NCBI GenBank assembly: GCA_965602015.1
Contig: OZ271918.1
Location: 3,520,001 to 3,584,000, forward strand
Origin: Salinispira sp.
GTDB lineage: Bacteria > Spirochaetota > Spirochaetia > DSM-27196 > Salinispiraceae
Length of the DNA stretch: 64,000 bases
Reading direction: 5' to 3'
Part shown: piece after piece, positions 51,147 to 60,772 of the stretch
How positions within the stretch are numbered: position 1 is the stretch's first letter
Layout: each line of letters starts with the position of its first letter
Program-made: the position numbers and the translations under genes
The notes under the pieces: model-generated
What the model was told of the DNA's origin: nothing
The model's input: only the letters and a program-made list of their open reading frames with translations
Database searches by the model: none

Positions 51147-52994
51147 TCAGTCTTCAGTCCTGAAGTGATTCACCTCGCGGCTAATTTCTTCGCTGACCTC
51201 TCCAACCCTGTCGGACAACTGTTTTAATCCGGTTACCGCCTGGGCGACGTCGTTGAAGCCCACATTCACTTCACTAATGCCGTCTTTTACCATACCCGAT
51301 ACGTCCGAGACCTGGCTCATCAGCGACGTGACCGATTCCGCGCCGTGTCGCACAACATCTGATTTTTCCTGTACCTGATGTGATATTTCTCGCAGTTCAG
51401 TCATTGCCTCAAGAATTTGCTTGCCGCCGGTGTTCAGCTCGGTGGTGCTGTTCGAAATAGTGAGCAGGGTGTGAGATACCCCCTCTATGCTTCGGTGGAT
51501 TTGGGAGAAGGCTTCCCGGGTGCTCACCCCGGAGTCGGCGGCCCTTGCTATTCTGCCGGTGATTTCTTTGAGGTTCTTGGTTATATCCTTGGTGCTGTTG
51601 GAAGATGCTTCGGCAAGCTTTCGTATTTCATCGGCTACCACGGCGAAGCCCCTGCCCTGATCCCCTGCATGGGCGGCTTCGATAGCGGCGTTCATGGCCA
51701 GAAGGTTTGTCTGAGCTGAAATATTGCGGATGAGAGCGGCCATGCTGTTTATTTCGTTTACCGATGCGTTTATTTCCTCAATAATTTGCGTGGTCTCAGA
51801 AAGCCGGGAATCGCCGTTTACCGCCGTGTCGACCAGCTCCTGAATCGTCGCCCTGTTCTGATCGGTCAAACGGGCGACGTTCTCGATGGATGCGATCATC
51901 TGGGTTATTGAAGCGGTGGATTCTTCAACCATTACGGACTGGGATGAAATGTGATTGCTCAGTTCGCCGGTCGATCCGGAAATTTCGCCCACATCCCGGT
52001 CGGAATCGGAAATCTTTTCATCCAGGGTGATCATCTGGCTGCTGATCGAGGCGATATTAGCAGAGATCTGATTCGTTGCCGCCGACGTTTCCGTCGCCGT
52101 GGAAATCAGGTCTTCCTTGACATCAAGATTGACCCTCGATACCTCTTTCATCCTGGTCAATGAATCCTTCAAGTCTGATTGAAAGCTGTTCATTTCGTCA
52201 CTTAATGAACCGATTTCGTCCTTTGACGTGGCTTTGAAAACTTTGGTCAGGTCGCCGGATGCCATAACAGACAGGCTGTTGCCGATAACCCGGACTGATC
52301 TGGCTATTCTGCCGGAAATTATGGATGAGATTATAAAAGAAGCGATAATAATGAGCAGCACAATTCCGATGGCGACGAAGTAACCCATCCGCCGATATCC
52401 TTGAATGAACTGTTCGATAATTGAGTACTGCTCTTCGATTACCGTCTCCGTGCCTTCCAGAGCGCTCCTCAGCACTGCCATTACGGTGCGGGTTTCCTGC
52501 ACCGATTCGAGAAGCCGGGGATATCCATCCCGGGACCGGGCGCCCTCGCTGTTAATATCCTCAAATTTGAAAATTGGATCGTAGCCATACACGTCAATCG
52601 CGGTGTCCAAGAGACTGTTCACCGAGTTTATGAGCCTGTCTTCCGATGATACCTGGCGACCGGCGAGGACCTGAATCCGCTCAACCGCAGCGGCAATATC
52701 CGCATTGATGGTGGGCAGGAGGGATATTTCCCCAAGCTCGGACAGGGTCGCCTCTTTTTCGGCGATGCTGGTTTCAAACAGCGCGAGTTGCTCCCGAATC
52801 ACAATTTTGTCATAAAAGAATTTCGACAGTTCAATGTGCTCGTTCATGACCCTGTCTTTAAGTTCCAACAAGAGGGCCTTTTCGGTTTCTGCCTGCTGCA
52901 CCCGGAGCTGAAAGCCGAGAAAGACCGATACCGCCAAAACCATGGCGGCGATGAGCGATAGCACGAGAATAAACAGTTTGTTTTTAATTTTCAT
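51147..52994 (-). CDS. Methyl-accepting chemotaxis protein
   Basis: Two TM helices, HAMP (KDEIG), [30 protein letters not shown]. Confidence 0.94.
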   Translation of the reverse strand: MKIKNKLFILVLSLIAAMVLAVSVFLGFQLRVQQAETEKALLLELKDRVMNEHIELSKFFYDKIVIREQLALFETSIAEKEATLSELGEISLLPTINADIAAAVERIQVLAGRQVSSEDRLINSVNSLLDTAIDVYGYDPIFKFEDINSEGARSRDGYPRLLESVQETRTVMAVLRSALEGTETVIEEQYSIIEQFIQGYRRMGYFVAIGIVLLIIIASFIISSIISGRIARSVRVIGNSLSVMASGDLTKVFKATSKDEIGSLSDEMNSFQSDLKDSLTRMKEVSRVNLDVKEDLISTATETSAATNQISANIASISSQMITLDEKISDSDRDVGEISGSTGELSNHISSQSVMVEESTASITQMIASIENVARLTDQNRATIQELVDTAVNGDSRLSETTQIIEEINASVNEINSMAALIRNISAQTNLLAMNAAIEAAHAGDQGRGFAVVADEIRKLAEASSNSTKDITKNLKEITGRIARAADSGVSTREAFSQIHRSIEGVSHTLLTISNSTTELNTGGKQILEAMTELREISHQVQEKSDVVRHGAESVTSLMSQVSDVSGMVKDGISEVNVGFNDVAQAVTGLKQLSDRVGEVSEEISREVNHFRTED

Positions 52995-53148
52995 TGCGAA
53001 TCCCCAAATTTACAGACGCTGTGATTTTCTCGCAGATTTTTGGTTTTGTCGATAGAATTTCCCTGTCCGAGGTGATCGTTTGGCTGAATCCCGGGCTGCT
53101 GATTGTTTGCCCATGGCGGTGCCCCGAAAACAGCTGATTTTGTAGCGC

Positions 53149-53382
53149 CTATTTCACTTTTCTCTCGAAGCCCCTTTTGTAATTGGCCCAGGCGCTGGGC
53201 ACCTTGTCTTCGTGAAAAATCGCGCTTACCGGACAAACGGTTTCGCAAATTCCACAGTCGACGCATATCGAGGGATCGATGACCAAATGATCCTCCTCTT
53301 CGAAAATTGCATCAACCGGACAGCGCATCCGGCATTCCGTATCCTTGGTGCCCACGCAGGGTTCGCAAATCACATATGACAT
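53149..53382 (-). CDS. Dicluster (7Fe-type, FdxA-like) ferredoxin
   Basis: MSYVICEPCVGTKDTEC...CPVDAI..CVDCGICETVCPVSAI; ATG 1 nt after upstream TAA, RBS GGAGG. Confidence 0.9.
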   Translation of the reverse strand: MSYVICEPCVGTKDTECRMRCPVDAIFEEEDHLVIDPSICVDCGICETVCPVSAIFHEDKVPSAWANYKRGFERKVK

Positions 53383-53383
53383 C

Positions 53384-55885
53384 TTACCTCCCGACCGCTT
53401 TCTCTTCTGAAACCGCATGGATCATCGAATCTACCGAAGTGAATTTTGATGCAATCTTATGACTGGCCGACCCTTTGAGTCTTTCAGCGATGAGGATTTT
53501 CTCAAGCTGATGTTTGTCTACCGCGTCCGTAAAATCCAGCTTGCTGAGGCCAGGGCTCAGGTCCTTTTCTGTATATGCTCTGGAGTAATCCGCAAGCAAA
53601 GCGTCCACTACCTGCCGGGCATCGGTTTTATTTGTGCCGATTATTCCGCTTGGGCCCCGGCGGATCCATCCGGAACAGTATAGTCCCGGTTCCACCCGGC
53701 CATCGCTGCTCATCACCCTGCCCGAGGCGTTGTGAATTATTCCATGTTTGTCCTGCAGCGGAATTCCGTCTACTGCCTCGCTTCGGTAGCCAATGGAAGG
53801 AATCAGCAGGTTGCATTGAACATCGCTGAACAGTCGGGTGCCCGAAGGATGAGACCCTGAAGCTTCGTCATGGTTTTGAGTTTTTTCAAAGCGTACGGAT
53901 TTTACCCTGGAGTGTCCGTTAACCTGTCGCGGTGACTTATGGAAGTGAAATCTCAGTTCAATTGTTTTTATTGTTCTCCCGCGGTAATCCGCCTGGTACT
54001 TCCCCGAATCAATATCACGAAATATTTCTCGCAGAGCCTCTGAGTTGCCCTGTGTAGCTTCAGGCATTATGGATGAAGATTCAGACAGTTCTTCCTTCTC
54101 AAGGTACTCCCCATCGATAACCGGGTTCACGTTGGGAAGTTCAACCAGCTCTAGTAATTCTTTCGGGGTGAAGTTCGCATTGCCAGGTCCCCTTCGCCCG
54201 ATTATGTGAATTTCTTTACACCGGATTGACGATAATCTGCGAAGAGCTGATTCGCAGATATCGCTGCGCTCGAGCTGGGCGGCGTCCTTGGCAAGCATCC
54301 TGGCGCAATCCAGAGCCACATTTCCCATCCCGATAATAACAACTGAGCGGGCTTTTGCAGGTATAGCCGCATCCTGCTCTTCCGGGTGACCGTTGTACCA
54401 TCCAACAAAATCCGGCGCGCTAATACAGCCCGAAAGCTCTTCACCCGGTATGCCCAGGGATCGGCCATGTGATGCTCCGGTGCTGATAATAATTCCGTCG
54501 TACATCTTCCTCAGTCTGTCGAGTTCAACATCCCGCCCGAGCCGTACGTTCCCGAAAAAGTTCACTCGACGGTGTCTGAGAATGTCATGGAAATAAAATG
54601 CCTTTGACTTTACCTCCCGATGGTCAGGCGCCACCCCGTAGCGGACAAGACCGAACGGTACCGGGAGTGCCTCGATGATGTCGACTTTGGTTTGTCCGGT
54701 TTTCCTGAGGATGTCTTCAGCAGCGAACAGTCCCGCCGGTCCAGCGCCGATAATGGCTATCCGCCTGGGTTCCCGAGCATTCGACTGCACTACTGAAGCG
54801 GCGCTTTGCGGTTCAGACTCATTGAGTTGTTTTTGACGGGACTGCCACCGGTTTTTGATTTTTTTGTATTGCCCCGAGATAAATGGACATGCCCTGATAC
54901 ATTCGCTGCAGCCGAGGGTTTGACTAAAATAGGCGAAGCATTTTTCTTTGCTGATGGTTTCGGCCCTCGGCCGGTCCCCGAAAGCGCCATTTTTTACTAT
55001 TTTCGGCTCCGGATAAATTGCGCCGGTGGGGCATTCGCGCTCACAATTGCGACAGCTCATGCAAAAATCATCTATCCAGGCATGCGAGTCTGAGTCGGTA
55101 ACCTTGAACACCCGCCCCTGGACGTAAATCGGCGAAATACGCTCCCGCATTCCCCATTCCGGCGTAATGAGCAAGCCGTTGTGGCCGATCCGGCCGAGGC
55201 CGGCTTTTTCCGCCAGAGGGACATAGTCGGTCAACCCGCCGTAGGGGTGATTCGCCTGGCAGATGACTCCCTCTTCACGCAACCACCGGGCTATATCGTT
55301 GCTGGCCTGACCGAGGCTGTTGTACACCCGTACAACTTCCCGGCCGGCATTCACGATGGGTTTGGCGTCAAACGCCTCCTTTCGCATTTCCTGTATGCAC
55401 ACCAGGGCATAGCTGAACGGTACGGCCTTGCCTTTAAAAATCATGTCAGGGGTGATTTCCGTAAATCCGAGTGTTACGGCGTGATTCTCCCAGGCATAAC
55501 GTTCCAATCGTTCCCACAGACCTCTGTTCGGCCAGGAATCGAGCAAGGTCTCATTCTGAGCCGGAAAACTGCCGTACTGTTCGAGGTGCTGAACATAGGG
55601 TTCAACGTCTGTGTAATTGATTGCCTGATTGGCCATCAGCCCGCGGATATTCGCTCCCATGGCCTTCGCGGTTTTGGCGAACTCCCCAAATCCGAATTGG
55701 GCGAACATCTTGGCCATATTCCGTCCGCGATTTATCGCGTCGGGGCGGGCGTGGTATTCCGGGCTGTCGAAGTACTCAAACCCTTCGGTCACCGCATCCT
55801 TGGGCGGCAGAATTATGGATTCGGGAAATCGGGATACCCGCTGTAGGTATTCGACTTCTTTTTTTGGTTTATGCGGGCCGGCCAT
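53384..55885 (-). CDS. Fusion: reductive dehalogenase/QueG-like cobalamin-[4Fe-4S] domain plus FprA/adrenodoxin-reductase-like NADPH flavoreductase
   Basis: N-terminal PLAEKAGLGRIGHNGLLITPEWG.R, CMSCRNCERECP and C..GCSECIRACPF; C-terminal IIGAGPAG, PFGLVRYGVAPDH, IGMGNVALD, GRRGP, GWIRRGPSGIIGTN; start at MAGPH after GGAGG. Confidence 0.85.
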   Translation of the reverse strand: MAGPHKPKKEVEYLQRVSRFPESIILPPKDAVTEGFEYFDSPEYHARPDAINRGRNMAKMFAQFGFGEFAKTAKAMGANIRGLMANQAINYTDVEPYVQHLEQYGSFPAQNETLLDSWPNRGLWERLERYAWENHAVTLGFTEITPDMIFKGKAVPFSYALVCIQEMRKEAFDAKPIVNAGREVVRVYNSLGQASNDIARWLREEGVICQANHPYGGLTDYVPLAEKAGLGRIGHNGLLITPEWGMRERISPIYVQGRVFKVTDSDSHAWIDDFCMSCRNCERECPTGAIYPEPKIVKNGAFGDRPRAETISKEKCFAYFSQTLGCSECIRACPFISGQYKKIKNRWQSRQKQLNESEPQSAASVVQSNAREPRRIAIIGAGPAGLFAAEDILRKTGQTKVDIIEALPVPFGLVRYGVAPDHREVKSKAFYFHDILRHRRVNFFGNVRLGRDVELDRLRKMYDGIIISTGASHGRSLGIPGEELSGCISAPDFVGWYNGHPEEQDAAIPAKARSVVIIGMGNVALDCARMLAKDAAQLERSDICESALRRLSSIRCKEIHIIGRRGPGNANFTPKELLELVELPNVNPVIDGEYLEKEELSESSSIMPEATQGNSEALREIFRDIDSGKYQADYRGRTIKTIELRFHFHKSPRQVNGHSRVKSVRFEKTQNHDEASGSHPSGTRLFSDVQCNLLIPSIGYRSEAVDGIPLQDKHGIIHNASGRVMSSDGRVEPGLYCSGWIRRGPSGIIGTNKTDARQVVDALLADYSRAYTEKDLSPGLSKLDFTDAVDKHQLEKILIAERLKGSASHKIASKFTSVDSMIHAVSEEKAVGR

Positions 55886-55907
55886 TGCGCCCTCCTTTTT
55901 GCAGCTA

Positions 55908-55968
55908 TGAAAAGTGACACGTGTCACTCTATGGGTAGAAGACTATCATGACACGTGTCACTTTTCAA
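55908..55968 (-). promoter_or_regulatory. Sigma70-type promoter with two TGACACGTGTCA operators
   Basis: Minus strand TTGAAA-17-TAGTCT with TG extension; palindromes at 55915-55926 and 55949-55960 lie inside a perfect 19-bp inverted repeat. Confidence 0.85.
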
Positions 55969-55980
55969 GAAAAAAAATGA

Positions 55981-56592
55981 TTATTGCACAAAACTGCGCT
56001 TCAAAATGGCAAGCTTGGCTCGCAGCAGCCGGATTGCGTCTTCCTTTGCCATTTCACCTTCCAATACGGAAAATATCGCTTTTTTGCCGGTAGCGAACAG
56101 CAGCTCGAGGAGGGCCCGCAGTTCAAGTTCATCCTTGACTCCTAGCTTGGGATCTCTCATAAGACTCATAATGTATTCGTCCTGGGAATACACCGAATTG
56201 AGATACGAGTTAAACAGCGATGAACCGGTCTGGCTTTGTGAAATATTTTTCAGAAATGCGGCCTCGGGTTCGTTCTCCTCAAGAACGCTTATAAGATTGA
56301 TATCTTTAGATACCTGAAGACTGATAAGGTCGAAAATCGTTTCGGCATCCCGCCGCTCCAATCTATCGAATTTCCCGTCGAGAAAGCTTTTCACCCGCTG
56401 GAGAAGGTAAACACATAAATCTTCCTTTCCGTCGAAATACTGGTAGAAGCTCCCCCGGGGGATTCCCGCCTCCTCGACGATGTGCTTGACCGAGACCTGT
56501 TCCAATGGAACCCGGGCATATTCTTTCATCGCGGAGGCGATAACCCGCTCGCGCTTGTTTTCGGTCAAATTAAAAAAAGTCTCGCTAGGCAT
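55981..56592 (-). CDS. TetR/AcrR-family regulator
   Basis: MPSETFFNL...KRER..VSVKHIVEEAGIPRGSFYQYF.GKED. Confidence 0.93.
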   Translation of the reverse strand: MPSETFFNLTENKRERVIASAMKEYARVPLEQVSVKHIVEEAGIPRGSFYQYFDGKEDLCVYLLQRVKSFLDGKFDRLERRDAETIFDLISLQVSKDINLISVLEENEPEAAFLKNISQSQTGSSLFNSYLNSVYSQDEYIMSLMRDPKLGVKDELELRALLELLFATGKKAIFSVLEGEMAKEDAIRLLRAKLAILKRSFVQ

Positions 56593-56696
56593 AGTGCCCC
56601 GTATTGTACATCAGGGATGGGAAAACAAACAGTCAGCGCGCATACATACTCGGCTTCCGGGTGAAGCAGGACGCATTCACCCTGCGCAGTTTTCGG

Positions 56697-57497
56697 TCAG
56701 CCGGAGGTTCGCTCTACGAAGTCCTCGATGTCGCTAATCACCTCTTCGCGGTTGAGTTCGTTCACCAGTTCATGCCGCGCTTCGGGGTATACTTTGATTG
56801 TTTTTTCCCGTGAAGGCATGGCCCAGGCGGCCTGCAGGCTGGTCTCAACCGGTACGAAGGGGTCCGCATCTCCGTGGAGAAAGAGAATTGGCATGGTGAG
56901 CCGGTCTATTTCCCGGTTGAAGCGGTCCAACGCGGCCATCTCCGCTTCGAGTAGCGCCCGTTTGTACCCCCCATGGTAAACCAGAGGATCCTCCGCATAG
57001 GCCCGCACCGTCTCGGGGTCCCGCGACATGCCGGCGGGGTCGCTGGACTCCCGGGGAAGTTCGGGCAGGGCCAGCACCTCCCTTGCCCAGTTCCAGTCGC
57101 CGATGACTGCGCCGAGGAAGCCGGCGCCTGCCAAGGTTTCGGGGTAGCGCTCGGCGTAGCGAGCGGTCAACAGTCCGCCCATGGAGTGGCCTATCATGAT
57201 CGGAGGTATGGGCCCGAAACGCTGCTGAGCGAGCTCCAACAGGGAGCGGAGGTCATCCACCACATGCTCAAAATCAGAAATCAGCGCCCGTTCCCCCGAG
57301 CTCCTGCCGTGCCCGATATGATCCGGAGCGTACACCGCTGCTCCCGAGCCGCAGAGCCTCTCGGCGACATGGGCGTAACGTCCGCCGTGCTCCGCATAGC
57401 CGTGAACCAAAATTACGATCCGTTCGGCCCTGCCGTCGGGCTCCCACAGGTGATAAAATACTGATCCCTCGCTTCCTTCGAAACTTCCGGTTCTCAT
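56697..57497 (-). CDS. Lysophospholipase/monoacylglycerol lipase-like hydrolase
   Basis: VHGYAEH.GRY, DH.GHG.S, GHSMGG, HELVNE; start placed at MRTGS. Confidence 0.9.
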   Translation of the reverse strand: MRTGSFEGSEGSVFYHLWEPDGRAERIVILVHGYAEHGGRYAHVAERLCGSGAAVYAPDHIGHGRSSGERALISDFEHVVDDLRSLLELAQQRFGPIPPIMIGHSMGGLLTARYAERYPETLAGAGFLGAVIGDWNWAREVLALPELPRESSDPAGMSRDPETVRAYAEDPLVYHGGYKRALLEAEMAALDRFNREIDRLTMPILFLHGDADPFVPVETSLQAAWAMPSREKTIKVYPEARHELVNELNREEVISDIEDFVERTSG

Positions 57498-57574
57498 GGT
57501 TTGTCCTTCAATTCTTATTATTAATAGCATCGGAGACTGTCCATCTCATTCGCTCACCCTTTCTATGGACATTT

Positions 57575-58366
57575 TTAATCCGAAATTTTTATTGACTTGA
57601 GAAAAGAGTAATACGCCCGGTTAAAATCTTCCGGGTTATCAATATTTGCATTGTGGTTTGCATAGGGAATACTATAAATTTGGTGGCCGCCGGTACTGGC
57701 GAAGCGGTTTGAGTAGGTCTGAACTTTTCCCGCCCTGTCTTTTTCTCCGTAGCTGATGAATATCGGCATAGATAACTCAATCGGTTTGACATTGTATTCT
57801 TTCACTGCTTTATAGACCTCTGCCATTATTTCCATGATTTTGCGCTTTCCCAGACCGGATAGTGATGTGTGCATGTGCCTCCGGCCTTCTTCAGTTTCTG
57901 AAACGTTGCGTGCTATCGAATTTATTAAGATCTTTTCCGGATACAATTTCAGAATAGCTGGCGTAACAGATAACCAGAACATATCAGAACTACTATATTG
58001 TCCTTGGCCGATGGGTGTTGATCCAATTAATGCAATACTGGCCACCATATCGGGATATGAGTCGGCGAACATTTGGCAAATGTATCCGCCCATTGACTGT
58101 CCGGCAAAATGTGCTGACGAAATGTTTTCTCGATCCATTATCTGTTTGAGAAGAAGTACGGCACGATTCATAGAAATATCAGTCATACCCGCAGACGCGC
58201 CATGTCCGGGGACATCCCATGTCAACACCGAATAGTAATTGGAAAAAAAACGGACCTGATGCCTGAACAGATCTGAGTCAGCGGTCGCCCCATGGGTAAA
58301 TATTATCCAGTCTTTTCCCGAACCGTTGAGCTGATATGAAACACTCTGAAACGTTTTGGTGATCAT
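57575..58366 (-). CDS. Alpha/beta hydrolase
   Basis: FTHG, WDVPGHG.S, GQSMGG, ANHNANIDNP. Confidence 0.88.
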   Translation of the reverse strand: MITKTFQSVSYQLNGSGKDWIIFTHGATADSDLFRHQVRFFSNYYSVLTWDVPGHGASAGMTDISMNRAVLLLKQIMDRENISSAHFAGQSMGGYICQMFADSYPDMVASIALIGSTPIGQGQYSSSDMFWLSVTPAILKLYPEKILINSIARNVSETEEGRRHMHTSLSGLGKRKIMEIMAEVYKAVKEYNVKPIELSMPIFISYGEKDRAGKVQTYSNRFASTGGHQIYSIPYANHNANIDNPEDFNRAYYSFLKSIKISD

Positions 58367-58458
58367 GATTTTCTCCTGTTGCTCCCATCAATCAGAATTA
58401 TAGTATGAATTTCCGGCCGGATTTGCTGAACTTTGCCGCATTCCGTATATTTCCCCCT

Positions 58459-59319
58459 ATGAACAGTGATGAACCCCTCCGGAGATTGGAGTGCTTCTCA
58501 TCCGCGGCGGATATCTGCATCCGCGATTTGCGGAGTGATTATTGGGGTCCCAATGGCCTCCAAACCCCGGTGCGCAATGATTATTACGCGGTGTTGTGGC
58601 CACAATCCGATAGCGATTTGAACATGCAGATTGATTTCGTCAGCCATGAAGTCAGCCGGGATTCGCTGTTTTTTATCCTACCCCGGCAGGTTCATCGCAT
58701 GGAGGGAGATACAGCCCTGCTGGGCAAGGCTATTTGTTTCACTGAAGACTTCCTGTCGAAGAGTGAAATATCCCCTTCGTTTATCGCGGGACTAAAAATT
58801 TTCAGCAACCAGCTGCAGAACGAGGCTCTCAGGGTGGATTCTTCCCGGGTGGAGAAGCTGTCGTTTTACCTGGAGGAGATGAGCTCGGCCCTGGAAGATC
58901 GGGGGGATTTCTCCGTTCTGAGTCTTGGGGCGCTGCTCAAGCTCTTCCTCATCGAGTGCACCGGCATGTGCGATGCTGATGTCGATTTGGGAGCTTCGGG
59001 ACCGCTTCTGCTGCTTAAGCGCTTCAAGGATTGCGTCGAGAGAAGTTTCCAGCAGGAGCACAGTGTGTCGCACTACGCAGAAGCATTGGCGGTGTCCCCC
59101 GGGTATCTCAATGAAGTGGTAAAGAAGCACAGCGGGTACACTCCAAAACAGTATATTCAAAAGCGTATTGTTCTCGAAGCAAAGAGAATGCTGCGTTTCA
59201 GCGATATCCGGGTTAACGAATTGGCGTCCGCTCTCGGATTTGATGATCCTCAGTATTTCAGCAGGTGCTTCAAACAGGAAACCGGCCTGACGGTAACCCA
59301 GTTTTCCCGGCAAAGCTGA
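58459..59319 (+). CDS. AraC-family regulator
   Basis: SVSHYA..L.VSP.YLN, R.VLEAKR.L, LGFDDPQYFSRCFK; start MNSDE. Confidence 0.92.
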   Translation: MNSDEPLRRLECFSSAADICIRDLRSDYWGPNGLQTPVRNDYYAVLWPQSDSDLNMQIDFVSHEVSRDSLFFILPRQVHRMEGDTALLGKAICFTEDFLSKSEISPSFIAGLKIFSNQLQNEALRVDSSRVEKLSFYLEEMSSALEDRGDFSVLSLGALLKLFLIECTGMCDADVDLGASGPLLLLKRFKDCVERSFQQEHSVSHYAEALAVSPGYLNEVVKKHSGYTPKQYIQKRIVLEAKRMLRFSDIRVNELASALGFDDPQYFSRCFKQETGLTVTQFSRQS

Positions 59320-59432
59320 GATTCTTCCATATTTTCCCGGGTTTTCTCCAATGACGACGGCATGGACTATTCCTATATTTGCCGTATCCACCGCCGATAC
59401 GCCGGCGGGAAATGCAATAAAGGAGAAACACT

Positions 59433-60395
59433 ATGGAAAACTCAATTAACGGATTGCACCACATAACCGCATTAGCGGCCCATCCCCAGGACAACTTCGA
59501 TTTCTATACCGGAGTTCTCGGTCTCAGGCTGGTTAAAAAAACGGTGAATTTCGACGCTCCGGATGTTTATCATCTGTATTTTGCTGACGAGTTCGGCACG
59601 CCGGGAACCGTCCTCACCTTTTTTCCCTTTCCACATGCCCGGCCCGGTACGCGGGGAGCCGGAGAAGCCAATGCGGTGATGTTCTCCGTTCCCTCGGGGA
59701 GTCTTGCGTTCTGGAAACAGCGCCTTGAAACCCTTGATGTGGGCATAGCAGAAGAGGGTCGTCGATTCGACCGCGATTTCATCGGGTTTGATGATCCCGA
59801 AGGGATGCGTATCGAGATTACCGAAGACGAGGTTGCACACCTTCCCGGATGGGAAACCGGCAGCGTACCCCGGCAGCACTCTCTGCGGAAGTTTTTCGGA
59901 ACCAGGGTTTTGCTCCGCGACGCCGAGGCCACAAAGACCCTGCTTCTCGAACACATGGGCTTACGTTTCTTTGAGCGGGATGGACAGATTGAGCGCTTTG
60001 CCTCGGGTGAAGGAGATACCCGGGCGTACTTCGACATAGAGACCAATGCTCAAGCACCGATGGCCCGCCAGTCCGCCGGTTCCATTCATCATATCGCCTG
60101 GAGAACCGCAAACGATGAAAATCAGCTTTCATGGATGAATCTTCTGAATCAGAAGGGTTATTCGGTAACGCCGGTGATCGACCGCAACTATTTTCATTCC
60201 ATTTATTACCGCGAGCCCGGCGGCGTGCTGTTCGAAATTGCCACCGACAATCCGGGTTTCGCCGTGGATGAAGAACTGCACGAGCTGGGATTACATCTCA
60301 AACTGCCCGGGCAATACGAATCGCAGCGGGCGGAAATCGAGCGGCTGCTTATACCCCTGAATCAGCAGAGCGGGGCGAAGGAGGCTGCGCGGTGA
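59433..60395 (+). CDS. Ring-cleaving dioxygenase (MhqO/LinE/PcpA-like VOC family)
   Basis: GLHHITA, LVKKTVNFDAP..YHLYF, IHHIAWR, DRNYFHSIYYREPGG.LFEIATD.PGF. Confidence 0.92.
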   Translation: MENSINGLHHITALAAHPQDNFDFYTGVLGLRLVKKTVNFDAPDVYHLYFADEFGTPGTVLTFFPFPHARPGTRGAGEANAVMFSVPSGSLAFWKQRLETLDVGIAEEGRRFDRDFIGFDDPEGMRIEITEDEVAHLPGWETGSVPRQHSLRKFFGTRVLLRDAEATKTLLLEHMGLRFFERDGQIERFASGEGDTRAYFDIETNAQAPMARQSAGSIHHIAWRTANDENQLSWMNLLNQKGYSVTPVIDRNYFHSIYYREPGGVLFEIATDNPGFAVDEELHELGLHLKLPGQYESQRAEIERLLIPLNQQSGAKEAAR

Positions 60396-60772
60396 TAATC
60401 ACTCGAGTGTACACCGATTCTGCGGGGGATTCCCGGTTCCAGGAGCTGGACATCCCCTTACAAAGCGCCGGCGAAATCGGCCGGCTCAGCGAGCGCTTAC
60501 CCGCGGTCTCCCTGATTTTTAGGGAGACCGGCGGGGACTATGACTATGACTTCCACAACGCTCCCCAGCGGCAGGTCATCGCACTGCTCGACGGGGTAAT
60601 TGAAATCGAGACGAGCGCCGGCGAGTCCCGCCGGTTCTCCGCTGGCGACCTGCTTCTCGTCGAGGATACCCGGGGAAAGGGTCATAAAACCAAAAGCGTG
60701 GACGGCAATCTTCGCCGGTCGCTGTTTATTACTTTGGAGGAAGGTTATGACATATCGAAAATCCTACAATGA
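60392..60772 (+). CDS. Small cupin-like protein
   Basis: FHNAPQRQ..L.G.IEIE.S.GE.R.F..GD.LL.EDT.G.GH. Confidence 0.75.
   Translation: MIITRVYTDSAGDSRFQELDIPLQSAGEIGRLSERLPAVSLIFRETGGDYDYDFHNAPQRQVIALLDGVIEIETSAGESRRFSAGDLLLVEDTRGKGHKTKSVDGNLRRSLFITLEEGYDISKILQ

Noticed and set aside
53384..55885. Respiratory reductive dehalogenase or canonical queG
   Set aside because: No Tat leader or rdhB anchor. The reductase fusion, dedicated ferredoxin and repressor fit poorly with housekeeping QueG, although the substrate remains unproven.
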